Shown here piece by piece: positions 19,474 through 27,590 of a stretch of 32,000 nucleotides of DNA. The notes under the pieces are model-generated. The model worked only from the letters and a program-made list of their open reading frames with translations. It made no database searches and had not been told where the DNA came from. This DNA is from Psychrobacter sp. DM4 (GTDB lineage: Bacteria; Pseudomonadota; Gammaproteobacteria; Pseudomonadales; Moraxellaceae). Every line of letters starts with the position of its first letter. Within the stretch, counting starts at the first letter, position 1. The translations under genes were made by a program, and so were the position numbers. The stretch is from positions 1,890,001-1,922,000 of the forward strand of contig NZ_CP195536.1 in NCBI RefSeq assembly GCF_051307035.1, in the 5' to 3' direction.

Positions 19474-19891
19474 ATATATTCTGCTAGATGCTAATTTACT
19501 CATTGGCGCTTTTGATCATGACTCGGAAAATACAAAGCACATTCAGTCTAAACAGATTGTTGAAGCTTTACTATTAGACGATACTGTAAAAATCGCTATT
19601 ACACCGCTAATACGTTACGAAGTACTACGCGGCGTCCGCCGCGTGCCAACTGAGCAAATGGTTGAGATATTGAACGATTTTGAAGAATTTGAGATTACTG
19701 ACGTAGAAGGCAATAGAGCTTCTGATATCTATCGCTTAGCTCTTGTAAATAATCAAAAGTTAGACAAACGTAGTTTTGATGTTTTCCACTATGTAGTCGC
19801 TGAAATACGCAATCTAGAATGGATGAGTCAAGATAACGATTTGAGTAAAATTGCAAACCTCGCCAAACCTATTATTGAAGGACAAATTTAA
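19466..19891 (+). CDS. PIN-domain (VapC-like) putative ribonuclease, second gene of the inserted cassette
   Basis: N-terminal 'YILLDANLLIGAFD' is the classic PIN beta1 motif. In ORF-track numbering, acidic residues sit at PIN-like spacing: D11, E55, D108, D126/D128. The GTG at 19466 has AGGTGA 5 nt upstream; the ORF track uses GTG 19457. It overlaps the ATPase stop by 8 nt (17 nt from 19457), and its stop TAA abuts the carB ATG. Confidence 0.65.
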   Translation: MSRYILLDANLLIGAFDHDSENTKHIQSKQIVEALLLDDTVKIAITPLIRYEVLRGVRRVPTEQMVEILNDFEEFEITDVEGNRASDIYRLALVNNQKLDKRSFDVFHYVVAEIRNLEWMSQDNDLSKIANLAKPIIEGQI

Positions 19892-22800
19892 ATGCCAAAA
19901 CGTACCGACATAAAAAGCATTCTTATCATTGGCGCCGGCCCCATCGTTATCGGTCAAGCGTGCGAGTTTGACTACTCAGGCGCACAAGCCTGTAAAGCCC
20001 TTCGCGAAGAAGGCTACCGCGTTATCTTGGTCAACTCAAACCCAGCCACCATCATGACTGACCCTGATATGGCAGATGCCACTTATATCGAGCCGATTAC
20101 TTGGCAAACAGTTGAACAGATTATCAATGTCGAGCGTCCTGATGCCATCTTGCCAACGATGGGCGGACAGACCGCACTTAACTGTGCGCTGGATTTAGAT
20201 AAGCATGGCGTGCTAGAGAAGTATGGCTGTGAGCTGATTGGCGCAACTAAAGATTCGATTGAGATGGCAGAAGATCGTGATCTATTTGATAAAGCCATGA
20301 AGCGTATCGGACTTGAATGCCCGCGTGCTGAGATTGCTGAGACCATGGAGCAGGCTTTTGCCACCCAAGAAAAGATGGGCTATCCGTGTATCATACGCCC
20401 GTCCTTTACGATGGGCGGCTCAGGCGGCGGTATCGCATATAACCGTGATGAGTTCATTGAGATTTGTGAGCGCGGTTTTGATTTATCGCCAACCCATCAA
20501 TTGCTCATTGATGAGTCTTTAATCGGTTGGAAAGAGTACGAGACTGAAGTCGTCCGTGATAAAAACGACAACTGTATCATCGTCTGTACCATTGAGAACT
20601 TTGATCCGATGGGCGTGCATACGGGTGATTCAATCACCGTTGCCCCAGCACAAACCCTAACGGATAAAGAATATCAAATCATGCGTAACGCGTCCCTCGC
20701 GGTACTACGCGAAATTGGCGTTGAGACGGGTGGCTCAAACGTGCAGTTCGGTATCAATCCAAAGACCGGTCGTATGGTCGTCATCGAGATGAACCCGCGC
20801 GTATCTCGCTCATCAGCATTGGCATCAAAAGCAACAGGTTTTCCTATTGCTCGTATCGCCGCCAAGCTTGCGATCGGCTATACGCTTGATGAACTCCAAA
20901 ACGATATTACTGGCGGTGCAACGCCTGCGAGCTTTGAGCCTACCCTCGATTATGTTGTCACCAAAATACCGCGTTTTAACTTTGAAAAGTTCCCGCAAGC
21001 GGACAATATCCTATCGACGCAGATGAAATCGGTCGGTGAAGTTATGGCGATTGGTCGTAACTTCCAAGAGTCTATGCAAAAAGCATTGCGCGGTCTTGAG
21101 ACGGGTGCAGATGGTTTTGATGAGCAAATCGACTTATCCAAGGTTAGCACAGACAAAGCTCGTAGCGAGATCACCAATCGTTTGACCATCCCAACCCCTG
21201 AGCGTATTTTTTATATCGGCGACGCCTTTCGTATCGGTATGAGCGTTAATGAGGTCTTTAAGCTCACCAACATCGACCCTTGGTTCTTGGTACAGATCGA
21301 AGATATCATCAAGACTGAAACCCAAGTGCGCGCTCTCGGTTTTGGTGGTTTAAATGAGACCAATCTGCGTGGATTTAAGCGTAAAGGTTTATCAGATCTA
21401 CGTTTGGCAAAGCTGCTTGGCGTGTCACAAAAACAGCTACGCAAAAAACGTTGGGATTTAAATATTTATCCCGTTTATAAACGCGTTGATACCGCTGCTG
21501 CTGAGTTTGCGACCAGCACCGCTTATATGTACTCAAGCTACGATAGCGAGTGCGAAGCCAATCCGACTGACAACAAGAAAATCATGGTCATCGGCGGCGG
21601 TCCGAACCGTATTGGTCAAGGTATTGAGTTTGATTATTGCTGCGTGCACGCCGCTCTTGCCATGCGCGCGGATGGTTATGAGACTATTATGGTCAACTGT
21701 AACCCTGAAACGGTCTCAACCGATTATGATACCTCAGATCGTCTCTACTTTGAACCAATTACGTTAGAAGACGTGCTTGAAATCGTCCGTATTGAACAGC
21801 CTGACGGCGTCATTGTCCAGTTCGGTGGTCAAACCCCATTGAAGCTTGCCCGCGCTTTAGAGTCAGCGGGCGTTAATATCATCGGTACGAGCCCTGATGC
21901 TATTGACCGCGCCGAAGATCGTGAACGCTTCCAGCACATGATTCATCAGCTTAACCTTGTCCAACCTTCAAATGCGCTCGCGACGAGTCTCGAGGACGGT
22001 TTGGTCAAAGCCAAAGACGTCGGCTACCCGCTAGTGGTACGCCCATCATACGTCTTAGGTGGACGCGCGATGGAAATCGTCTACAACGAAGATGAGCTCA
22101 GACATTACTTGCGTACCGCCGTACAAGCCTCAAATGAGGCGCCTGTGCTGCTTGATCGCTTCTTGGATGATGCTATAGAAGTCGATGTTGATTGCGTTAG
22201 TGATGGCACCGATGTGGTCATCGGCGGCATCATGCAGCATATCGAACAGGCGGGCGTGCACTCTGGCGATTCAGCATGTTCATTGCCGCCTTACTCGCTA
22301 TCAGATGAGCTGTGTGATGTCATGCGCGAGCAAACCATTGCCATGGCAAAAGAGCTTGGCGTTATTGGACTTATGAACGTTCAGTTCGCAGTCAAAGGTG
22401 AAACGGTTTATATATTAGAAGTCAATCCACGGGCCGCGCGTACCGTACCTTTTGTCTCCAAGTGTATCGGTACTTCGCTTGCGCAGATTGCAGCGCGCTG
22501 TATGGCGGGCACGTCACTCAAAGATCAGGGGTTTATGACTGAGATTGTACCGTCTTTCTTTGCCGTAAAAGAGTCCGTATTTCCCTTTGCCAAGTTCCCA
22601 GGCGTTGACCCAATCTTGAGTCCTGAGATGAAATCAACGGGTGAAGTCATGGGTATCGGCAAAACCTTTGGCGAGGCTTTTTATAAAGCGGTCATCGGTA
22701 GTAATGAGCGCTTGCCTGGTCTGCCAACTGATGGCGAAAGCAAAACGGTCTTTATCTCCGTACGCGATAGCGACAAAACGCAAATCGCGCCTATTGCCCG

Positions 22801-23146
22801 CCAGCTTATTGATTACGGCTTTGATATCGTGGCGACCACTGGCACGCAAAAGGTGCTCGCAGATGCCGGTATCGACTGTCAGCAAATCAATAAAGTCACA
22901 GAGGGTCGCCCGCATATCGTCGATGCCTTGAAAAACGGTAAAATCGACCTTATTATTAATACGACTGAAGGCAAGCAAGCACAAGAAGATTCGTTCTCTA
23001 TTCGTCGCAGTGCTTTGCAAGGCAAGGTGTTTTATGTGACCACTTTAGGCGCGGCCGATGCGGTCTGTAAATCTTATGCCATTGACTTGCCCTTCGATGT
23101 TTATAAGCTACAAGACTTGCATGCGCAGGCTAAGCCTATCGCTTAG
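19892..23146 (+). CDS. carB: carbamoyl-phosphate synthase large subunit
   Basis: 1084-aa ORF with duplicated ATP-grasp halves ('[21 protein letters not shown]' / '[20 protein letters not shown]') and a C-terminal MGS-like allosteric domain. Confidence 0.98.
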   Translation: MPKRTDIKSILIIGAGPIVIGQACEFDYSGAQACKALREEGYRVILVNSNPATIMTDPDMADATYIEPITWQTVEQIINVERPDAILPTMGGQTALNCALDLDKHGVLEKYGCELIGATKDSIEMAEDRDLFDKAMKRIGLECPRAEIAETMEQAFATQEKMGYPCIIRPSFTMGGSGGGIAYNRDEFIEICERGFDLSPTHQLLIDESLIGWKEYETEVVRDKNDNCIIVCTIENFDPMGVHTGDSITVAPAQTLTDKEYQIMRNASLAVLREIGVETGGSNVQFGINPKTGRMVVIEMNPRVSRSSALASKATGFPIARIAAKLAIGYTLDELQNDITGGATPASFEPTLDYVVTKIPRFNFEKFPQADNILSTQMKSVGEVMAIGRNFQESMQKALRGLETGADGFDEQIDLSKVSTDKARSEITNRLTIPTPERIFYIGDAFRIGMSVNEVFKLTNIDPWFLVQIEDIIKTETQVRALGFGGLNETNLRGFKRKGLSDLRLAKLLGVSQKQLRKKRWDLNIYPVYKRVDTAAAEFATSTAYMYSSYDSECEANPTDNKKIMVIGGGPNRIGQGIEFDYCCVHAALAMRADGYETIMVNCNPETVSTDYDTSDRLYFEPITLEDVLEIVRIEQPDGVIVQFGGQTPLKLARALESAGVNIIGTSPDAIDRAEDRERFQHMIHQLNLVQPSNALATSLEDGLVKAKDVGYPLVVRPSYVLGGRAMEIVYNEDELRHYLRTAVQASNEAPVLLDRFLDDAIEVDVDCVSDGTDVVIGGIMQHIEQAGVHSGDSACSLPPYSLSDELCDVMREQTIAMAKELGVIGLMNVQFAVKGETVYILEVNPRAARTVPFVSKCIGTSLAQIAARCMAGTSLKDQGFMTEIVPSFFAVKESVFPFAKFPGVDPILSPEMKSTGEVMGIGKTFGEAFYKAVIGSNERLPGLPTDGESKTVFISVRDSDKTQIAPIARQLIDYGFDIVATTGTQKVLADAGIDCQQINKVTEGRPHIVDALKNGKIDLIINTTEGKQAQEDSFSIRRSALQGKVFYVTTLGAADAVCKSYAIDLPFDVYKLQDLHAQAKPIA

Positions 23147-23291
23147 CTTGATTTACTAAGTTTGGTTTATTAGGCGTGATAAATTTACTCTATTGACTTG
23201 GTTTGATAAATTCAGTAGATTAGAGACAATGACAATATTTGTTGGCTTATTATTACCTTTTGATAGAGCTTGGTTCAAAAATCACAGTTCA

Positions 23292-23327
23292 AAAAAGCAT
23301 AGTGGCAGGATTGCGACTATGCTTTTT
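23292..23327 (+). terminator. rho-independent terminator after carB
   Basis: 12-bp stem AAAAAGCATAGT/ACTATGCTTTTT, with an extra inner GCA/TGC stem, running into a T-run. It lies 146 nt after the carB stop. Confidence 0.7.
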
Positions 23328-23442
23328 AGTACGTCTCTTTTGCTAATATAACATTGACGCCCTCCCTTATTACTAGTTTAAAACCCTACTAGCACCATCT
23401 CATAACGAGGTGGTGTGATGGTATTGGTTAAAGGAAAAAATC

Positions 23443-23919
23443 ATGCAACGCTACCCTATGACTCCAGAAGGACATGCCGCTTTAGAAAGCGAGCTTAAGC
23501 AGCTAAAAACTGTCGATCGTCCTCGTATCACAGCTTCTATCGCTGAAGCGCGCGAACATGGCGATCTAAAAGAAAACGCTGAATATCATGCCGCACGTGA
23601 ACAACAAGGTTTTTGTGAGGCACGTATTCGCGACATCGAAGCCAAACTTGGCGGCGCACAAGTAATAGACATATCGACCTTAAAGCAAGAAGGCCGCGTA
23701 GTGTTTGGTGTGACTGTGGTCATTGAGAACATGGATACCGAAGAAGAAAAGCGTTACCAGATCGTCGGCGACGATGAGGCGGACTTTAAAGCGGGTAAAA
23801 TATCTGTCAATTCGCCTATCGCGCGTGGCCTAATTGGCAAGTCTGAAGGGGATGAGGCGCGAATTGAGACGCCAAAAGGCGTGGTTGAATATGAAGTGAT
23901 GAAAGTCATTTATCACTAG
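23443..23919 (+). CDS. greA: transcription elongation factor GreA
   Basis: 158-aa ORF. 'MT.EG...L..EL..LK...RP.I...[20 protein letters not shown]' is the canonical GreA N-terminal coiled coil. Its position after carB is the conserved gammaproteobacterial order. Confidence 0.96.
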   Translation: MQRYPMTPEGHAALESELKQLKTVDRPRITASIAEAREHGDLKENAEYHAAREQQGFCEARIRDIEAKLGGAQVIDISTLKQEGRVVFGVTVVIENMDTEEEKRYQIVGDDEADFKAGKISVNSPIARGLIGKSEGDEARIETPKGVVEYEVMKVIYH

Positions 23920-24131
23920 AACCTATAGCGCTGGAATGTATCAGTAACCCCTTACATAAAAACGCTACTGTCTTAAACAGGTTTTAACGCATACTTGCCG
24001 TAGTTAATAGCATGAGCTATGCTTAAATCTGGGCTTACTTATACTGATACCCTTGTTATTTGGCATCAATGATAGCGTCATTTGACAAGGCTTTTGTGTT
24101 TTCGGATTTTACTTATAAAAAGGACTTTACG

Positions 24132-25052
24132 ATGACTATAGATTTGATATTAGCAAGGCGCACTGATAACAATAGAACAAATATGAGAAGAGTATCCTTA
24201 GTGACTTTGCTCACAGCGACTGGTTTAGCATTTACATCACAAGTGAGCGCCGCACCTGAAGTTACCATCAACCAATCAATGACTGGTAGTACCACTATCG
24301 TTGAGCAATACTCTAACGGGCAATCAGCTGTCATCACCTCGACGCCTAGCAGCATCTCGATGCGAGAAGGCATGCCCTACGCGGTTACTCAAATATCAAA
24401 CGCACCGCGCTATAGTGTCTATCAAGGCAGCGTGCCGGCTAGCAGAGCGGTCACAACGTTACCTGTAAATACCCTACCGCTTAATACCATACCTGTCAGC
24501 AATCAAGTCACTCAAGTCGGCGTCATAACGACACCTGTGGCTACGGTAACCAATACGCTACCTATCACTAACCCCGCCGTTATCGTAAATAATCAAGTTG
24601 CATCTACGCCCATAATGACCAATCAAACGGTTGCGGTTACCTCTTTGGATACACTAAAACTTAACCCTGTCTTTAGTGCGCCTGATAACGTCAAATCTCA
24701 AACCAAGATTATGAAGATTCTAAAGAACAGCGCTGGTCGTGATATCGCTGTACCTGCCAATCGTATCAATCCAGGCGACGTCATCGAATATCATACTACT
24801 TATACCAGCACCTTAGCGCAGCCCATCAATGATCTAAATGCGACGGTCACTCTGCCAAACGGTATCAAAGTCGTCTCTTTGAATAGTCCAATACCAACCT
24901 TAGCGACCACTGGTGGCAATAGTTATCAGACTATTCAGCAAGTCGGCAATAGCGTCGTGGTACAAGAGAACTATTCTGGTCTTAAATGGAACTTGGTTGA
25001 TTTGAATGCTAATGCACCGCAAACCGTGGTGATACGAGCGACTGTACAGTAG
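24132..25052 (+). CDS. secreted hypothetical protein with T/V/N/P-rich repeats and a DUF11-like C-terminal beta domain
   Basis: Signal peptide '...RRVSLVTLLTATGLAFTSQVSA/AP'. I place the start at ATG 24132 (AGGA 7 nt upstream); the ORF track starts at 24060 and another candidate is ATG 24183. The central segment is degenerate 'TLPVNTLPLNTIPVSN...'. The C-terminus 'GDVIEYHTTYT...NATVTLPNG' resembles the conserved-repeat (DUF11) fold, which is a weak call. Confidence 0.6.
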   Translation: MTIDLILARRTDNNRTNMRRVSLVTLLTATGLAFTSQVSAAPEVTINQSMTGSTTIVEQYSNGQSAVITSTPSSISMREGMPYAVTQISNAPRYSVYQGSVPASRAVTTLPVNTLPLNTIPVSNQVTQVGVITTPVATVTNTLPITNPAVIVNNQVASTPIMTNQTVAVTSLDTLKLNPVFSAPDNVKSQTKIMKILKNSAGRDIAVPANRINPGDVIEYHTTYTSTLAQPINDLNATVTLPNGIKVVSLNSPIPTLATTGGNSYQTIQQVGNSVVVQENYSGLKWNLVDLNANAPQTVVIRATVQ

Positions 25053-25086
25053 GCATATATACAGTAAGCGATTACACATTCATTTC

Positions 25087-25115
25087 AAAAAGCCTTGATT
25101 AATCGAGGCTTTTTT
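25087..25115 (+). terminator. rho-independent terminator
   Basis: Stem AAAAGCCTTGA/TCGAGGCTTTT with loop TTAA and a T6 tail, 35 nt after the stop. Confidence 0.85.
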
Positions 25116-25119
25116 GTGT

Positions 25120-25152
25120 GCTACTATGCGACAACCGTTGTCGCATAGTAGC
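25120..25152. repeat. 33-bp perfect palindrome (candidate operator or structural element)
   Basis: GCTACTATGCGACAAC-C-GTTGTCGCATAGTAGC has 16-bp perfect arms around one central base. It lies about 80 nt upstream of the radical-SAM gene start. Confidence 0.7.
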
Positions 25153-25233
25153 CTTAATTCTATAATAAATACAAAGACTTACCTGGTTTTTTGTTAAAAT
25201 AGCAGTCTATTAACTAATTGGTAAATACTGCTT

Positions 25234-26502
25234 ATGGCAACCATCAATTACGACAGACTTCAGGGTAAGCTCAACATCCTAGCGGACGCCGCTAAGTATG
25301 ATGTGTCCTGCTCCTCCTCAGCGGGCACGCGCAAAAATCAAGGCGGCGGTCTGGGTGATGCCTCCGCCACGGGTATCTGTCACAGCTATACCGAAGACGG
25401 TCGCTGCGTCAGCCTCCTCAAAATCCTACTCACCAATCACTGTATTTATGATTGTGCCTATTGTACTTCTCGTAAAAGCAACGATACCCCGCGCGCCGCT
25501 TTTAGTGTCGAGGAAGTCGTCGACTTGACCATGCAGTTTTATCGCCGTAATTATATCGAAGGGCTATTTTTGAGCTCAGGTATCTTTAAGAGCGGTGACT
25601 ATACAATGGAGCGTTTGGTTGAAGTTGCCAAGATATTGCGTACTCGCGAGCGCTTCAATGGATATATCCATCTAAAGACCATTCCGGGGGCATCAAAAGA
25701 GTTGCTATTAGAAGCAGGTCTATACGCTGATCGTCTGAGCGTCAATATCGAAATTCCGACTAAGTCAGGTCTAGCACTGCTCGCACCTGAGAAGTCACAT
25801 GACGAATTAAAAGCGCCGATGGAAACGGTAAAGACTGAAATCATCACGATTAAAGAGAGCAAAAAAAAGCATAAGAAAGCACCGAAATTTGTGCCAGCGG
25901 GTCAAACCAGTCAAATGATTGTGGGTGCGAGTAATGAGACGGACTTACAAGTGATTCAGCTTTCAAGCCACTTTTATAAAGAGTACGATCTCAAGCGCGT
26001 TTACTACTCAGGCTACGTGCCGATGCTATCGGATAGCCGCCTGCCAGCTATTGGCACGCCTGTGCCTATGGTACGTGAGAACCGTCTATATCAAGCAGAT
26101 TGGTTAATGCGTTTTTATGGGTTTGGCGCGCACGAAATCGTGGAACCAGAATCACCGTTTTTGGATCTAGACTGTGATCCAAAATTAGCTTGGGCGATAC
26201 GTCATCGCGAGCACTTTCCTGTCAATATTCAAACTGCAAGTTATGAGATGATCGTTCGTATTCCAGGTATCGGTACCAGAACAGCTAGAAAGATCGTCAA
26301 AGCGCGCAAGTTTAATCAGTTGACTCTAGAGCATCTCAAAAAGATGGGCGCAGCGGTCAATCGTGCCAAGTATTTTATTGCGACAACGGGTAAGAACGAG
26401 CACTTATCACATTTAACTCGCGACAACTTTCGCCAGTATGTACTGGCACAAACACAAACGAAATACAAAGATCAGCGTAGCGGTCAGTTGGCTTTGTTCT
26501 GA
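25234..26502 (+). CDS. putative DNA modification/repair radical SAM protein (TIGR03916-like)
   Basis: 422-aa ORF with the radical-SAM cluster motif 'CIYDCAYC' (CxxxCxxC) and a C-terminal helix-hairpin-helix 'IPGIGTRTARKIV'. It is paired with a DUF4130 gene, as is usual for this family. Confidence 0.8.
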   Translation: MATINYDRLQGKLNILADAAKYDVSCSSSAGTRKNQGGGLGDASATGICHSYTEDGRCVSLLKILLTNHCIYDCAYCTSRKSNDTPRAAFSVEEVVDLTMQFYRRNYIEGLFLSSGIFKSGDYTMERLVEVAKILRTRERFNGYIHLKTIPGASKELLLEAGLYADRLSVNIEIPTKSGLALLAPEKSHDELKAPMETVKTEIITIKESKKKHKKAPKFVPAGQTSQMIVGASNETDLQVIQLSSHFYKEYDLKRVYYSGYVPMLSDSRLPAIGTPVPMVRENRLYQADWLMRFYGFGAHEIVEPESPFLDLDCDPKLAWAIRHREHFPVNIQTASYEMIVRIPGIGTRTARKIVKARKFNQLTLEHLKKMGAAVNRAKYFIATTGKNEHLSHLTRDNFRQYVLAQTQTKYKDQRSGQLALF

Positions 26503-26540
26503 GTATTGGATTAAACTATCACTTAGCTACAGGATAACCT

Positions 26541-27413
26541 ATGTCGCAACTTCTTTCAAAAGATAGCTTTGCTATTGGTCAGGTGATGCCAAGTGTCTTG
26601 CTCTATGAGCCAAGCTTTGAAGGATGGTTGACAGCGGTTTATCAGGTTTATGATCGTAAATTGCAATATAATGAATCGCTACAACTTGTCGCTGAGGACA
26701 GCTACGTCCCTTCTTTGATAAGTACTGCCACGAGCGTGAATACTGATGATGAGCAAGCACAGCGCGTCCTAAAAAAGCTTAATGCCTTGCTCGGCCCTTC
26801 AGGTATGCGCCAGATCCTTTGGGGTTTTTTATCTGAAAAGGATGATATCGGTACTACTTTATTCCACATCGTCAAATATGCTATCGATTATCCTAAGCGC
26901 CGTATCCTAGAGGACTTAGGTCATTTAGACGTTTTGGAATTGGCACAAACGGTCAAATCCGTACACCGCGAAAAGCATCGTATGGAAGCTTTTGTACGTT
27001 TTGAGCATACGACTGATGACATTTATTTTGCGCGCGTAGAGCCTGATTTTAATGTACTGCCTATTATCGGTGAGCATTTTCGTCAGCGTTATCAAGATCA
27101 ACATTGGGCAATCTATGACTTAGCACGCGGCTATGGCATCTACTACGACAAGACTCTGAGTACACCGTCACGTCCTGCTGACTTGCAAACCATTACCGAT
27201 CTCGATGATGCGGTACTAAGCAATCCTACCAGTATCCATAGTCCTGATGAGCAGCGTTACCAGCGTTTTTGGCAGGGCTATTTCACTAATGTCAACATCA
27301 AAGAGCGCAAAAATAATCGTCTTCATAAACAGCACATGCCGCAGCGTTACTGGAAGTATTTGAGTGAAAAACAAATTTTGCCCAATGCTGATTACCTTCA
27401 AAAGAAAAGATAG
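26541..27413 (+). CDS. DUF4130 / TIGR03915-like putative DNA repair protein
   Basis: 290-aa ORF 38 nt downstream of the radical-SAM gene. The 'FVRFE...FARVEPDFNVLPIIGEHFRQRYQDQHWAIYD' pattern matches my memory of DUF4130, and the conserved gene pairing supports the call. Confidence 0.6.
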   Translation: MSQLLSKDSFAIGQVMPSVLLYEPSFEGWLTAVYQVYDRKLQYNESLQLVAEDSYVPSLISTATSVNTDDEQAQRVLKKLNALLGPSGMRQILWGFLSEKDDIGTTLFHIVKYAIDYPKRRILEDLGHLDVLELAQTVKSVHREKHRMEAFVRFEHTTDDIYFARVEPDFNVLPIIGEHFRQRYQDQHWAIYDLARGYGIYYDKTLSTPSRPADLQTITDLDDAVLSNPTSIHSPDEQRYQRFWQGYFTNVNIKERKNNRLHKQHMPQRYWKYLSEKQILPNADYLQKKR

Positions 27414-27495
27414 AAAAAGGTGCGCTAGTATGAAACTGGCGACTAAACATTTTATTAAGAAGTTTTGGTAAGATAAGTGCTTATTATGTTTATAG

Positions 27496-27526
27496 AACTC
27501 AATCTCGTTATAAGGTTGAGTTTTTT
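27496..27526 (+). terminator. rho-independent terminator after the DNA-repair pair
   Basis: Stem ACTCAATCT/AGGTTGAGT (one G-U pair), 7-nt loop, then TTTTTT. Confidence 0.8.
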
Positions 27527-27590
27527 GCGTTTATGACTGACAATATCAGCTTACTTTGATTTAGGATTGTCTCTTTTTATTATGATAATT

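Noticed and set aside
20083-23020. Antisense and alternative-frame ORFs inside carB (for example 20083..20364, 22634..23020 and 22641..22931).
   Set aside because: For the same reason: they are nested in the 1084-aa carB reading frame and their translations show no domain-like features.
23147-23291. Repeated short motifs in the carB 3' region: TTGGTT three times and TGATAAATT twice.
   Set aside because: They are short AT-rich words in an AT-rich spacer and within chance expectation. No symmetric or phased arrangement was evident.
23393-23415. A hairpin, CACCATCTC-ATAAC-GAGGTGGTG, in the greA leader, considered as a GraL-like attenuator or terminator.
   Set aside because: No U-tract follows it (the next bases are TGATGGTATTGG), so it is not a convincing intrinsic terminator. 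It may simply be 5'-UTR structure.
25041-25066. A LexA-box-like sequence, ACTGTACAGT...ATACAGTA, ahead of the DNA-repair operon.
   Set aside because: The CTGT and the distal ACAG are 15 nt apart, not 8. The 10-bp palindrome ACTGTACAGT covers the last codons and stop of the preceding gene and lies upstream of that gene's terminator.
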